DNA of 60,875 nucleotides from Shigella phage 75/02 Stx: sequence record KF766125; one strand, 5' to 3'. Shown piece by piece: positions 28,210 to 38,970 of this stretch (position 1 is its first letter; each line of letters starts with the position of its first letter). The notes under the pieces were generated by a model. It saw only the letters and a program-made list of their open reading frames with translations, ran no database searches and was not told where the DNA came from. The position numbers and the translations under genes were made by a program.

Positions 28210-29016
28210 ATGGCAAAGCTGGACTGGAAAAAGCTGGAGCAGGCATTCCGACGCGAACATGCCGAAACGGGAATAACATTACTGGACTGGTGCCGGAAGA
28301 AAAAGATTAATTACAACACCGCCAGAACCCGTATAAAAATGGGCAAAATCGATCATGAAATTGATCATAAAACCGATCATGAAATCGATCATGACATCTC
28401 AGATGAAGAACCCTGCAATGACGCGGGTTCCGGCGATGAAAAATGCGCAAAAAACTCTGAAAAAAACTGCGCAAATTCGGCAGAAACGAAACGGATTCGT
28501 GGTTCCCGACTTTTACCACCTTCAAACGCTTTTTCTCAGCGAAACACCCACGCCGTAAGACACCGTGGATATGCGAAGTATCTTGAGGCAGATAACCTCA
28601 TGGATGATGCGTCCGACATGGTGCTGTTCGATGAACTGGTGTTCACCCGGGCCCGCGCACTTTCAGTAACTAAGGCACTTAAAGGGATGTTCGCCGACCT
28701 GGAAGAGGCAACTGACGTGGAAACCCGTGTTGCTCTTTACGACAAAATACTCAAAGCTGAACAGGCCCTTGACCGGAATATTGCCCGTATCGAGTCAATT
28801 GAACGCTCATTGCTGACGCTGGACGTCCTGGCTGAGACAGCACCAAAACTTCGTGCTGACCGGGAAAGAATCAACGCCGCCAGAGATAAACTCAGAGCTG
28901 AAACCGATATTCTGACCAGCCAGCGTCGGGGCGTTGTTACGCCTGTCAGTGACATCGTGTCATCGCTGCATGAAATGAGTAATTCGGGGAGACTGGATGA
29001 CATTCCGGAAGAATGA
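28210..29016 (+). CDS. Putative terminase small subunit
   Basis: 268-aa ORF immediately upstream of and overlapping terminase large; N-terminal HTH-like region; contains GATC repeat cluster. Confidence 0.5.
   Translation: MAKLDWKKLEQAFRREHAETGITLLDWCRKKKINYNTARTRIKMGKIDHEIDHKTDHEIDHDISDEEPCNDAGSGDEKCAKNSEKNCANSAETKRIRGSRLLPPSNAFSQRNTHAVRHRGYAKYLEADNLMDDASDMVLFDELVFTRARALSVTKALKGMFADLEEATDVETRVALYDKILKAEQALDRNIARIESIERSLLTLDVLAETAPKLRADRERINAARDKLRAETDILTSQRRGVVTPVSDIVSSLHEMSNSGRLDDIPEE
28347..28392. repeat. Tandem 12-bp repeats carrying four GATC sites
   Basis: cgatcatgaaat / tgatcataaaac / cgatcatgaaat / cgatcatgac; GATC at 28351, 28363, 28375, 28387. Confidence 0.7.
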
Positions 29017-30703
29017 ACCGCGATGTGATGAGCCGTCAGAAATGACCGAGGCTGAACAACGTCTGTTCATCATGACTAAACTGAGCAATCCCTGGTGGCG
29101 GCTCAATCATCTCTACAAAATACAGAACGAAAAAGGTGAACTGGTCACCTTCAGAATGCGACCGGCGCAGCGCCAGTTGTTCCGGAGCATGCACAATAAA
29201 AATATTATCCTGAAAGCGCGCCAGCTGGGATTTTCCACAGCCATTGATATTTATCTTCTCGACCAGGCATTATTCATTCCGCATCTCAAATGCGGGATCG
29301 TCGCTCAGGATAAACAGGCTGCCAGTGAAATTTTCCGCACAAAAATTGCTGTACCGTTTGATCATCTCCCTGACTGGCTGAGAGCCTCATTCACCATCGT
29401 TGAACGTCGTAGCGGTGCCAGCGGTGGCTATATCCTGTTTGGTCACGGCTCGAGTATCCAGGTGGCAACCTCATTCCGTTCAGGTACGGTGCAGCGCCTG
29501 CATATCTCAGAGCACGGCAAAATTTGCGCGAAATATCCGGCTAAGGCGAAAGAACTGCGAACCGGTACGCTTAATGCCGTCTCTGATGAATGCATTATTT
29601 TTGATGAGTCCACTGCTGAAGGCGTGGGTGGTGATTTTTACGAGATGAGTAACCGAGCACAGGAGATCACTGCATCAGGCTTATTGCTGACGGCACAGGA
29701 TTATAAATTCCATTTTTACGCCTGGTGGCAGGATCCTAAATACAGCGCCAGAGTGCCGGAAAGCGGGCTGAAGCTGTCACGGGAAAAAATGACGTATTTT
29801 TCTGCGGTTGAGAAGGCAATGAACATCACGCTTACTGATGAACAGAAGCAGTGGTACATCAATAAGGAAACTGAACAGCGTGAGGAAATGAAGCAGGAGT
29901 TTCCCTCAACGCCACAGGAGGCGTTTCTGACGTCCGGACGACGTGTGTTCAGTGCCGAAAGTACGTTGCAGGCAGAATCATTCTGTTCGCCACCGATGAT
30001 TGTTTATGACATTGAACCTGTTACAGGAGCGAAGACTAAAGCTCAGTCTCTGCGTGAAGGAAATAAAAACGAGTTGCAGCGGACGCTGATGAATTATCTG
30101 CTGGTATGGGAACTGCCGGATCCGGATGAAGAGTATGTTTGTGGGGCAGATACTGCCGAAGGGCTGGAGCACGGAGACCGCTCATCGCTGGATGTTGTCA
30201 AACGCAGTAATGGCGAGCAGGTGGCTCACTGGTTCGGGCATCTCGATGCTGAACTTTTTGCTCATCTCATTTCGCAGGTCTGTCGTATGTATAACAACGC
30301 GTTTGTGGGGCCGGAGCGTAATAATCACGGACATGCAGTTATCCTGAAACTCCGGGAACTCTATCCGACACGTTATATCTACAACGAACAGCATCTTGAC
30401 CAGGCATATGACGACGATACGCCCCGCCTTGGCTGGCTGACAACCCGTCAGAGCAAACCTGTTCTGACCGAAGGAATGAAAACGCTTCTGAATAATGGAA
30501 TATCAGGGATCCGCTGGTCAGGCACATTATCGGAAATGAACACCTACGTTTATGACGCGAAAGGCTCCATGAATGCACAGGAAGGCTGCTTTGATGATCA
30601 GCTCATGAGCTACATGATTGCCCAGGAGATGCGCGCCAGAATGCCGGTGAGGGTAAAACAGAAAACGGATAAACGCAGAACCACACACTGGATGGCACAC
30701 TGA
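28997..30703 (+). CDS. Terminase large subunit
   Basis: 568 aa; position between small-subunit candidate and portal; ATPase/nuclease-type architecture inferred. Confidence 0.8.
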   Translation: MTFRKNEPRCDEPSEMTEAEQRLFIMTKLSNPWWRLNHLYKIQNEKGELVTFRMRPAQRQLFRSMHNKNIILKARQLGFSTAIDIYLLDQALFIPHLKCGIVAQDKQAASEIFRTKIAVPFDHLPDWLRASFTIVERRSGASGGYILFGHGSSIQVATSFRSGTVQRLHISEHGKICAKYPAKAKELRTGTLNAVSDECIIFDESTAEGVGGDFYEMSNRAQEITASGLLLTAQDYKFHFYAWWQDPKYSARVPESGLKLSREKMTYFSAVEKAMNITLTDEQKQWYINKETEQREEMKQEFPSTPQEAFLTSGRRVFSAESTLQAESFCSPPMIVYDIEPVTGAKTKAQSLREGNKNELQRTLMNYLLVWELPDPDEEYVCGADTAEGLEHGDRSSLDVVKRSNGEQVAHWFGHLDAELFAHLISQVCRMYNNAFVGPERNNHGHAVILKLRELYPTRYIYNEQHLDQAYDDDTPRLGWLTTRQSKPVLTEGMKTLLNNGISGIRWSGTLSEMNTYVYDAKGSMNAQEGCFDDQLMSYMIAQEMRARMPVRVKQKTDKRRTTHWMAH

Positions 30704-32847
30704 TGAAAAATGAAATTAACACCACAGCGATGAAAAACGATCATGGATCCACGCCGCGTTTTTCTCAGCGTCAGTTACTGTCTCTCTGTTCTGATATTGA
30801 CAGTCAGCCTCTCTGGCGTGATGCCGCAAACAAGGCCTGTGCGTATTATGATGGCGACCAGCTGGCACCGGAAGTTATCCAGGTACTGAAAGATCGCGGT
30901 CAGCCCATGACCATCCATAACCTCATTGCCCCCACGGTAGATGGTGTACTGGGAATGGAGGCAAAAACAAGAACGGACCTGATAGTGATGTCAGACGATC
31001 CGAACGATGAAACAGAGAAACTGGCAGAGGCCATTAATGCGGAGTTTGCTGATGCGTGCCGTCTTGGCAACATGAATAAGGCCCGCTCCGATGCCTATGC
31101 GGAACAAATCAAGGCGGGCCTCAGTTGGGTGGAGGTCAGACGAAACAGTGATCCGTTCGGGCCTGAATTTAAGGTGTCTACTGTCAGCCGGAATGAGGTT
31201 TTCTGGGACTGGCTGAGCCGGGAGGCTGATTTAAGTGACTGCCGCTGGCTGATGCGTCGCCGCTGGATGGATACCGATGAGGCAAAAGCTACATTCCCGG
31301 GAATGGCTCAGGTTATCGATTATGCCATTGATGACTGGCGTGGTTTTGTCGATACCACGGTTACTGAAGGCCAGCCCAGTCCGTTGATGAGTGCATGGGA
31401 AGAGTATCAGTCATGGGATCGACAGCAGAACGAATGGCTTCAGCGTGAACGCCGTCGTGTGCTGCTTCAGGTGGTTTATTACCGTACATTCGAGCGTCTT
31501 CCGGTGATTGAACTCAGTAATGGACGGGTGGTGGCCTTTGATAAAAATAATCTGATGCAGGCGGTAGCTGTGGCATCCGGGCGGGTTCAGGTGAAAGTCG
31601 GGCGGGTAAGCCGTATTCGTGAAGCCTGGTTTGTCGGGCCGCACTTTATTGTGGATCGCCCCTGTAGTGCTCCGCAGGGGATGTTTCCGCTGGTTCCTTT
31701 CTGGGGATACCGAAAGGATAAAACCGGGGAGCCATACGGGCTAATTTCCCGCGCCATTCCGGCACAGGATGAGGTGAATTTTCGTCGTATCAAGCTGACC
31801 TGGTTGCTTCAGGCCAAACGTGTGATTATGGACGAGGATGCCACCCAGTTGTCAGACAACGACCTGATGGAGCAGCTCGAACGTCCGGATGGCATTATTA
31901 AACTGAATCCGGTCCGAAAAAATCAGAAAAGTGTCGCAGATGTTTTTCGGGTTGAGCAGGATTTTCAGGTTGCCAGCCAGCAGTTTCAGGTCATGCAGGA
32001 ATCGGAAAAACTTATCCAGGATACCATGGGAGTGTATTCCGCATTTCTCGGGCAGGATTCAGGTGCGACGTCAGGCGTGGCTATCAGTAACCTGGTGGAG
32101 CAGGGGGCCACAACCCTTGCGGAAATCAACGATAACTACCAGTTTGCCTGCCAGCAGGTGGGAAGACTGTTGCTGGCTTATCTTCTCGATGACCTGAAAA
32201 AACGCCGTAATCATGCAGTGGTGATTAATCGCGATGATCGCCAGCGTCGCCAGACCATTGTCCTCAATGCTGAAGGTGATAATGGTGAACTGACCAATGA
32301 TATTTCAAGGTTAAATACACATATTGCGCTGGCTCCTGTTCAGCAGACACCGGCGTTTAAGGCACAGCTTGCACAGAGAATGTCAGAGGTTATTCAGGGG
32401 CTGCCGCCTCAGGTGCAGGCTGTTGTGCTCGACCTGTGGGTTAATCTTCTGGATGTGCCGCAGAAACAGGAGTTTGTTGAGCGTATTCGTGCTGCGCTGG
32501 GGACGCCAAAATCACCGGATGAAATGACGCCGGAAGAACAGGAAGTAGCGGCACAACAACAGGCACTTCAGCAACAACAGGCAGAACTCCAGATGCGCGA
32601 GATGGCTGGCAGAGTGGCAAAACTGGAAGCTGACGCCGCCAGGGCACATGCAGCTGCACAACGGGATAATGCCAGTGCACAGCGGGAAGTCGCCCTGACA
32701 CAGGGGCAGCGTTATGTGGATGCGCTTAACCAGGCACATACGGCAGAAATCATTACCGGCGTACAGAATATGGAACAGGAGCAGGACGTTCTTCAGCAAC
32801 AGATGCTGTATACGTTACAACAGCGGATGAATGAAATGTCGCTCTGA
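30703..32847 (+). CDS. Portal protein (P22 gp1-like)
   Basis: 714 aa; Q/A-rich helical C-terminal extension similar in character to the P22 portal barrel. Confidence 0.8.
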   Translation: MKNEINTTAMKNDHGSTPRFSQRQLLSLCSDIDSQPLWRDAANKACAYYDGDQLAPEVIQVLKDRGQPMTIHNLIAPTVDGVLGMEAKTRTDLIVMSDDPNDETEKLAEAINAEFADACRLGNMNKARSDAYAEQIKAGLSWVEVRRNSDPFGPEFKVSTVSRNEVFWDWLSREADLSDCRWLMRRRWMDTDEAKATFPGMAQVIDYAIDDWRGFVDTTVTEGQPSPLMSAWEEYQSWDRQQNEWLQRERRRVLLQVVYYRTFERLPVIELSNGRVVAFDKNNLMQAVAVASGRVQVKVGRVSRIREAWFVGPHFIVDRPCSAPQGMFPLVPFWGYRKDKTGEPYGLISRAIPAQDEVNFRRIKLTWLLQAKRVIMDEDATQLSDNDLMEQLERPDGIIKLNPVRKNQKSVADVFRVEQDFQVASQQFQVMQESEKLIQDTMGVYSAFLGQDSGATSGVAISNLVEQGATTLAEINDNYQFACQQVGRLLLAYLLDDLKKRRNHAVVINRDDRQRRQTIVLNAEGDNGELTNDISRLNTHIALAPVQQTPAFKAQLAQRMSEVIQGLPPQVQAVVLDLWVNLLDVPQKQEFVERIRAALGTPKSPDEMTPEEQEVAAQQQALQQQQAELQMREMAGRVAKLEADAARAHAAAQRDNASAQREVALTQGQRYVDALNQAHTAEIITGVQNMEQEQDVLQQQMLYTLQQRMNEMSL

Positions 32848-32867
32848 AAACTCTGGCTTCAACTGAA

Positions 32868-32892
32868 CCCCGTCATCGTACGGGGTTTTTTG
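32868..32892 (+). terminator. Intrinsic terminator after portal gene
   Basis: ccccgt/acgggg stem, 6-nt loop, T6. Confidence 0.7.
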
Positions 32893-33004
32893 TTTCCGGA
32901 GGTAAGCGTTCCGGGAGCGGTGCGCTTATTCGCGGGGGCAGCGATAAGCCTTATTTACTCAACCATTCGGATCTGTCCGATAAACAGACCATGCGGAGTT
33001 ATTT

Positions 33005-34012
33005 ATGGATTTTGAATTTACGGGTGAAGAAACCCCGGAACAACTGGAAAAAATGCTGGAAGGACTTGGGGATGTGGATATTGACAGTCACGCACAGGAC
33101 GTCGTGACGGAAGATACCACGGAAAAACATGCGGATGAGGAAGCACAGACTCAGACGGGCGATAACAATGTGGCACCGACGCCGGATGCCAGTGTGGAGC
33201 AGACGCAGGACGTGAAGGAGCCGGAAGCGAAGGGGGTGCTCACCCGCGACGGTAAACACGTCATTCCCTATGAAGTCCTTGAGGCTGAACGTTCCGGTAA
33301 GCAACGGGCCGAACAGGAAGCCGCACTTCTTCGTGGGCAGATAGCTGAAGAAAAACGCAGGGTGGAACTGCTGACGTCTCAGATCCACCAGGCCGGTATG
33401 AAGCCCACACCGTTACCGGAAAACGAAAAAATTTCTGATGAGCAGATTGCCCGTATCAGGGAGATGTATCCGGAAATTGGTGACGCGGTGGCTTCGCTCA
33501 TCCGTAAAAATAACTATCTCCAGTCCCGTGTTCAGCAATCAACACAGCAGGCAGAAGGTAATGGTGGTGAGGATTTATCACCGGTTCTTGATGCGATGAA
33601 TGCCGTGCCGGTGCTGAAAACGTGGCAGGAGTCCGATCCGGATCGCTTCTCGGTTGCTGTATCCATCGACGGGAAGCTCCAGAATGACCCCGCATGGAAA
33701 GACAAAACGCTCACTGAACGTTTCGCTGAAGTGGCCCGTCGTACGCAGGTTGCTTTCGGTGAAGTCAGTGAGTCGTCTGCTGACAACCAGGCAGACAAAA
33801 CGGATATCCGGAAAACGGCGGAAGAGAAAGTGAAGACCGCTGAACGGGAGCAGGCAGTACCAGCTTCCCCGTCAGATTTAGGCACCACGGCCTCCGTCGG
33901 AACCGGTGATAATTTTGAACGGTTACTTGGCGCTTCGCATTCAGAGGCAGAGGCGATTATGCGCGGTATGACGAATGCTGAAATAGACGCACTTCTGGAG
34001 AAGCTCGGGTAA
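33005..34012 (+). CDS. Putative scaffolding protein
   Basis: 335 aa, acidic, coiled-coil-like, located between portal and capsid genes. Confidence 0.55.
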   Translation: MDFEFTGEETPEQLEKMLEGLGDVDIDSHAQDVVTEDTTEKHADEEAQTQTGDNNVAPTPDASVEQTQDVKEPEAKGVLTRDGKHVIPYEVLEAERSGKQRAEQEAALLRGQIAEEKRRVELLTSQIHQAGMKPTPLPENEKISDEQIARIREMYPEIGDAVASLIRKNNYLQSRVQQSTQQAEGNGGEDLSPVLDAMNAVPVLKTWQESDPDRFSVAVSIDGKLQNDPAWKDKTLTERFAEVARRTQVAFGEVSESSADNQADKTDIRKTAEEKVKTAEREQAVPASPSDLGTTASVGTGDNFERLLGASHSEAEAIMRGMTNAEIDALLEKLG

Positions 34013-34035
34013 CTTACTGAAGGAGTACTGAAGTA

Positions 34036-35250
34036 ATGACGACTGTAACATCAGCCCAGGCGAATAAGCTGTATCAGGTGGCGCTTTTTACTGCTGCCAA
34101 CCGCAACCGCTCGATGGTTAATATCCTTACTGAACAGCAGGAAGCGCCAAAAGCGGTTTCGCCGGACAAGAAAAGCACGAAGCAGACCAGCGCAGGTGCG
34201 CCGGTTGTCCGTATCACAGACCTTAACAAACAGGCCGGTGATGAAGTGACCTTCAGCATCATGCACAAACTCTCAAAACGTCCGACGATGGGAGATGAGC
34301 GTGTTGAAGGTCGTGGTGAGGATCTCAGCCATGCTGACTTCTCCCTGAAAATCAATCAGGGACGTCACCTGGTGGATGCAGGCGGACGTATGAGTCAGCA
34401 GCGCACGAAGTTTAACCTGGCATCCTCTGCCAGAACGCTTCTGGGGACGTACTTTAATGACCTGCAGGACCAGTGTGCGATAGTGCATCTTGCGGGAGCT
34501 CGTGGTGATTTTGTTGCTGACGACACCATTCTGCCGACAGCGGAGCACCCTGAATTCAAAAAAATCATGATCAACGATGTACTGCCTCCGACACATGACC
34601 GTCACTTTTTTGGCGGTGATGCGACAAGCTTTGAGCAGATTGAAGCGGCAGATATTTTTTCTATTGGCCTGGTGGACAATCTCTCCCTGTTCATTGACGA
34701 AATGGCGCATCCGTTACAGCCGGTTCGTCTGTCCGGTGATGAACTTCACGGAGAAGATCCATATTACGTCCTGTACGTCACGCCGCGTCAGTGGAATGAC
34801 TGGTACACCTCGACGTCCGGTAAGGACTGGAACCAGATGATGGTTCGTGCCGTGAACCGTGCAAAAGGTTTTAATCATCCGCTGTTCAAAGGTGAATGTG
34901 CGATGTGGCGCAATATCCTGGTTCGTAAGTATGCGGGTATGCCGATCCGTTTCTATCAGGGGTCAAAGGTTCTGGTATCAGAGAATAACCTGACGGCAAC
35001 CACGAAAGAGGTCGCTGCTGCAACCAATATTGACCGCGCCATGTTACTGGGGGCTCAGGCGCTGGCAAATGCTTACGGTCAGAAGGCGGGCGGTCACTTC
35101 AACATGGTTGAGAAGAAAACGGATATGGATAACCGTACTGAGATAGCAATAAGCTGGATCAACGGTCTGAAAAAAATCCGTTTCCCCGAGAAGAGCGGCA
35201 AGATGCAGGATCACGGCGTGATTGCCGTTGATACAGCAGTGAAGCTCTGA
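34036..35250 (+). CDS. Putative major capsid protein
   Basis: 404 aa, follows the scaffold candidate, strong RBS, flanked by terminator. Confidence 0.65.
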   Translation: MTTVTSAQANKLYQVALFTAANRNRSMVNILTEQQEAPKAVSPDKKSTKQTSAGAPVVRITDLNKQAGDEVTFSIMHKLSKRPTMGDERVEGRGEDLSHADFSLKINQGRHLVDAGGRMSQQRTKFNLASSARTLLGTYFNDLQDQCAIVHLAGARGDFVADDTILPTAEHPEFKKIMINDVLPPTHDRHFFGGDATSFEQIEAADIFSIGLVDNLSLFIDEMAHPLQPVRLSGDELHGEDPYYVLYVTPRQWNDWYTSTSGKDWNQMMVRAVNRAKGFNHPLFKGECAMWRNILVRKYAGMPIRFYQGSKVLVSENNLTATTKEVAAATNIDRAMLLGAQALANAYGQKAGGHFNMVEKKTDMDNRTEIAISWINGLKKIRFPEKSGKMQDHGVIAVDTAVKL

Positions 35251-35267
35251 TTTTTTCCTTTCCCCAT

Positions 35268-35291
35268 GCCGGGTTTTCGCCCGGCTTTTTC
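35268..35291 (+). terminator. Intrinsic terminator after capsid gene
   Basis: gccggg/cccggc stem, T5 tract. Confidence 0.65.
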
Positions 35292-35305
35292 AGGAGTCAT
35301 TAATT

Positions 35306-35695
35306 ATGGCAAAGACTATCCTTGCCCCGTCACTGAGTGAACGGGTCTATACGGGTACGCACGGTAATGAGTCGGTGGCAGAAGGCGTATTTACGGTGAA
35401 TGCTGCGGAAGCGGACAGTGTTATTCATCTTCTCTCACTGCCAGTGGGCATCCGTATCAACTCACTCCAGCTGGTTTCAACGGGTGGTCTGGGTACTGCA
35501 ACCGTCAGCATTAAGTCCGGTGAGCATGTTCTCATCGATAACAGCGAAGCTGTTTCTGCAAAATTTGCCAGATATGTGCCAGTGGAGCCGTACACCACAC
35601 AGCGTGACGGGGAGCTGGTTACTGTCACCATTAAGACTGCCGCTGCAACCGGCACCCTGAATGTTCTGCTGCGTTATACCGTGGTGGGATACTGA
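35306..35695 (+). CDS. Hypothetical virion protein
   Basis: 129-aa ORF with strong RBS in the morphogenesis cluster. Confidence 0.6.
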   Translation: MAKTILAPSLSERVYTGTHGNESVAEGVFTVNAAEADSVIHLLSLPVGIRINSLQLVSTGGLGTATVSIKSGEHVLIDNSEAVSAKFARYVPVEPYTTQRDGELVTVTIKTAAATGTLNVLLRYTVVGY

Positions 35696-35708
35696 TTAAA
35701 ACCTTCCG

Positions 35709-35731
35709 GCCCGCGTCATGCGGGCTTTTTA
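35709..35731 (+). terminator. Intrinsic terminator
   Basis: gcccgc/gcgggc stem, loop gtcat, T5. Confidence 0.65.
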
Positions 35732-35744
35732 TCCGGGGAATTAT

Positions 35745-36206
35745 ATGAGTGAGAAAATTGCCGTTGTCTATATCGGCCCAAAAACCGTGAAAAAGGACAC
35801 CATTACCGGAAGCCGCACATTGTTCCCACGTCTTGAGCCGGTGCATGTTGACAGTGCGATGGCCTGGCAACTGCTGGGGTTTCCGGATGTCTGGGTTCGT
35901 CATGAAGAGCTTGATGATGTTCTGAAAAAGCAACAACAGAATGAGCAGTTGCGGCAGGCACAGCAGGCGCAGGAAAGAGTGCTTGCTGCGCGGGCAGAAG
36001 CGGAGAACAGTTTTGTTGTTTCTGTTAACGGGCAGGAGGTGGATTTAAGTAAGCTCACCTCAGCACGGCTGGCGACGCTGTGTGAGGCAGAAGAGCTGGA
36101 TATTCACAAAGACCCGAAAGAAACGGCTGAGGCATTCCGTATCCGGGTGCGTGAGGCATTTTGCCGTCGTGTTGCGGAGACTGAACAGCATGGCGGAACT
36201 GAGTGA
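35745..36206 (+). CDS. Hypothetical virion protein
   Basis: Internal Met with GGGGA SD; Q-rich segment. Confidence 0.55.
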   Translation: MSEKIAVVYIGPKTVKKDTITGSRTLFPRLEPVHVDSAMAWQLLGFPDVWVRHEELDDVLKKQQQNEQLRQAQQAQERVLAARAEAENSFVVSVNGQEVDLSKLTSARLATLCEAEELDIHKDPKETAEAFRIRVREAFCRRVAETEQHGGTE

Positions 36207-36753
36207 TTTTTTACCGTATGTCCGTCGTCATATCAGCGGTCCACTGAACATTATGATGACGGATGCTCTGTCAATGGCTGCCGTGGCATTCAGCCGCCAG
36301 TCGTTGGTGTGCCGTCGGGAGGTTACTGTTGTACCAGTAGCAGGAAAAGAAATCGTGCTTCCGTATGACAAAGATGATGAGGAGTGCGTTCATATCATCC
36401 GTATCTCTGACGATAATCATGAGCTTTTTGTCGGTCGGGATGTGGATATCAGCTCCGGACGCTCCCTGCGATTTGCCTGTTCTCCCGGTGAGGTGAGCGT
36501 GCTTTATGCCGTCGCTCCGAAAGCCGGACGCAGCCAGATACCGGATGAACTCCTCACATGGCCTGAAGAAGTGGCTGCGGGGGCACTTGAGCGGTTGTTC
36601 ATGCAGACTGGTGTTTCATGGTCAGATCCGTTACGCGCACAGTATTTTTCTGTGCAGTTTTCTGAGGGGATCCGTCGGGCATATCGTCATACACTGGCGA
36701 CAAGCCCGTACTCTTCATACCGCAACCCTGTACGCAGGCAGAGGTTTTTCTGA
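36190..36753 (+). CDS. Hypothetical virion protein
   Basis: Internal Met at 36190, overlaps the upstream stop. Confidence 0.55.
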   Translation: MAELSDFLPYVRRHISGPLNIMMTDALSMAAVAFSRQSLVCRREVTVVPVAGKEIVLPYDKDDEECVHIIRISDDNHELFVGRDVDISSGRSLRFACSPGEVSVLYAVAPKAGRSQIPDELLTWPEEVAAGALERLFMQTGVSWSDPLRAQYFSVQFSEGIRRAYRHTLATSPYSSYRNPVRRQRFF

Positions 36754-37403
36754 TGACGACGATTACAGAAATCATCGGACGTGTGAATACACAACTGGTT
36801 GACCCGATGATGGTTCGCTGGCCCCTGCAGGAATTGTGCGATTATTACAATGATGCTGTGAGGGCAGTGATTCTGGCGAGACCGGATGCTGGCGCAAGCC
36901 TGGAAACAATCAGTTGTGTTCCTGGCGCCCGTCAGGTTTTGCCCGATGGTGTAATACAACTTCTTGACGTGATATGCCTCAGTGACGGTAGTGCAGTCAG
37001 ACCATTATCCCGGGAGGTGCTGGATGCGCAGTATCCTGAGTGGCCCACAGTGAAGGGCATTCCTGAATGTTTTATCAGCAACGACCTGTCCCCGCGCGTA
37101 TTCTGGCTGTTTCCTGTCCCTGACAAAGAGATAAGTATTGATGCAGTGGTAAGCCGGATACCGGAGGCAGTGTATGTTCTGACGCAGGACGATGATACGC
37201 CAGTTCCACTGGAAGAGGCTTATGTTAACCCACTGGTGGACTGGATGTTGTTTCGTGCTTTCAGTAAGGATGCTGCCGGTGGTGCAGAATCGGGGCTGGC
37301 TGCGCAGCATTATCAGAGTTTTGTTGAGCAACTTGGGATCAAACAGGGGGCAGACAGAGCATTGTCTGCCCGTAAAAAAGTGTTTAACGGAGGTGGAGTG
37401 TGA
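36753..37403 (+). CDS. Hypothetical virion protein
   Basis: 216-aa ORF translationally coupled on both sides. Confidence 0.6.
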   Translation: MTTITEIIGRVNTQLVDPMMVRWPLQELCDYYNDAVRAVILARPDAGASLETISCVPGARQVLPDGVIQLLDVICLSDGSAVRPLSREVLDAQYPEWPTVKGIPECFISNDLSPRVFWLFPVPDKEISIDAVVSRIPEAVYVLTQDDDTPVPLEEAYVNPLVDWMLFRAFSKDAAGGAESGLAAQHYQSFVEQLGIKQGADRALSARKKVFNGGGV

Positions 37404-38884
37404 GTGTTGTTGTTTCGGGGACGCTGAAATCTCCTGATGGTGAGGCGATATCAGGAGCAAATATTACCCTGACGGCGCTGACAGTTTCACCGGATGCGCT
37501 CAGCGGCACCAGTGCGTCGGCAGTGACCCGTGAAGGTGGATATTACGGAATGACGATGGATCCGGGGGAGTATGCGGTTTCGGTGACGGTGAAAGGGAAG
37601 ACTGCTGTCTACGGACGTGTGCGTATTGAGGGGACCGAAAGTACGGTGACGCTCAATATGCTGTTACGCCGCAGTCTTGTTGAGGTTAGCATACCCGGAG
37701 AACTGCTGACAGATTTCCGGCAGATACAGAATAATGTGGCTGATGACCTTGCCACTATTCGTCGCCTGAATGAAGACACGGCGACAAAAAACACTCAGGC
37801 CACACAGTCAAAAGAAAGTGCAGCAGCCAGTGCGAAGAGTGCATCTGACAGTGCAAAGACGGCAACCAGCAGGGCGGCTGAAGCCGGACAAAAAGCGACT
37901 GATGCCACTGAGGCTGCGACCCGTGCAGTCACAGCAGCGGGGAATGCAGAGGAAAGCTCGACCCGTGCCGGAGAGTCTGAAAAAGCCGCCGGAGCTGATG
38001 CAGAAAAAGCCAGACAGCATGCTGAAAAGGCCAGGCTGGCGCAGGAGAGCGCCGGAGAGATCCTTAAGCGGGCAGAGGCTGCCACTGTCAGTGCTGAAGA
38101 GGCCAGACGTATGGCTGAGAATGCACGGGGGCCCCGGGGGCCTCAGGGAGAAACTGGTCCGAAGGGGGATGTCGGTCCTAAAGGCGAAACAGGTCCAGTG
38201 GGCCCTCAAGGGCCCGCAGGGCCGAAAGGTGAGCGTGGTGACGTTGGTGCTCAGGGGGCTGTAGGGCCCGCTGGTCCGCGTGGTGAGAAGGGCGAACAGG
38301 GGGAGCGAGGACCGCAGGGAATACCAGGCCTGAAGGGGGATACCGGAGAGCGGGGGCCTAAAGGGGACCAGGGGGATATGGGGCCAAAAGGCGAGAAAGG
38401 TGATCCGGGAGTAGCAGGTCCAGCAGGTCCGGAAGGGCCGCAGGGACCGAAGGGAGACACTGGAGCCCCCGGGCAAGGAACAGAACTGCTTACTACTGCC
38501 AATACATGGACTCAGGCACAAACTTTTAATGGTGGTATTAATGGAAATTTGACGGTAAACGGAAACGGATCATTTAACGATGTTCAGATCCGCTCGGATA
38601 AACGCAACAAGCGAAATCTGGTAAAACTGGATAATGCGTTAGATCGTCTGGAGGCACTTACTGGTTATCTTTACGAGATACAGTACTCTGCCGACGGTTG
38701 GCAAACGTCGGTTGGTTTAATTGCTCAGGATGCACAAAAAGCCTTGCCTGAACTGGTAACTGAAGACGCAGACGTTATATCTGGTGAAAAACGTCTGCGT
38801 CTTAACTACAACGGCATAATTGCATTGTTAGTCGAAGGCTTTAAAACACTTCGTCATGAGATTAAAGAACTCCGGGAGAAGTAA
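37400..38884 (+). CDS. Collagen-like tail fiber with C-terminal intramolecular-chaperone-like domain
   Basis: About 70 Gly-X-Y triplets ([23 protein letters not shown]...); C-terminal region resembles S74-type tail fiber chaperone domains. Confidence 0.8.
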   Translation: MSVVVSGTLKSPDGEAISGANITLTALTVSPDALSGTSASAVTREGGYYGMTMDPGEYAVSVTVKGKTAVYGRVRIEGTESTVTLNMLLRRSLVEVSIPGELLTDFRQIQNNVADDLATIRRLNEDTATKNTQATQSKESAAASAKSASDSAKTATSRAAEAGQKATDATEAATRAVTAAGNAEESSTRAGESEKAAGADAEKARQHAEKARLAQESAGEILKRAEAATVSAEEARRMAENARGPRGPQGETGPKGDVGPKGETGPVGPQGPAGPKGERGDVGAQGAVGPAGPRGEKGEQGERGPQGIPGLKGDTGERGPKGDQGDMGPKGEKGDPGVAGPAGPEGPQGPKGDTGAPGQGTELLTTANTWTQAQTFNGGINGNLTVNGNGSFNDVQIRSDKRNKRNLVKLDNALDRLEALTGYLYEIQYSADGWQTSVGLIAQDAQKALPELVTEDADVISGEKRLRLNYNGIIALLVEGFKTLRHEIKELREK

Positions 38885-38970
38885 ACGACAGCTGTTGTAG
38901 TTTCTGGTTTCTACTGAATTTAAATTGTGGGGATGATACTCACCTCACGAATTTCAGAAGGATATATGAA

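Noticed and set aside
37795-38521. Long antisense and alternate-frame ORFs across the collagen-like tail fiber gene
   Set aside because: Artefacts of the GC-rich Gly-X-Y repeat region; Pro/Ser/Arg-rich low-complexity translations, no RBS
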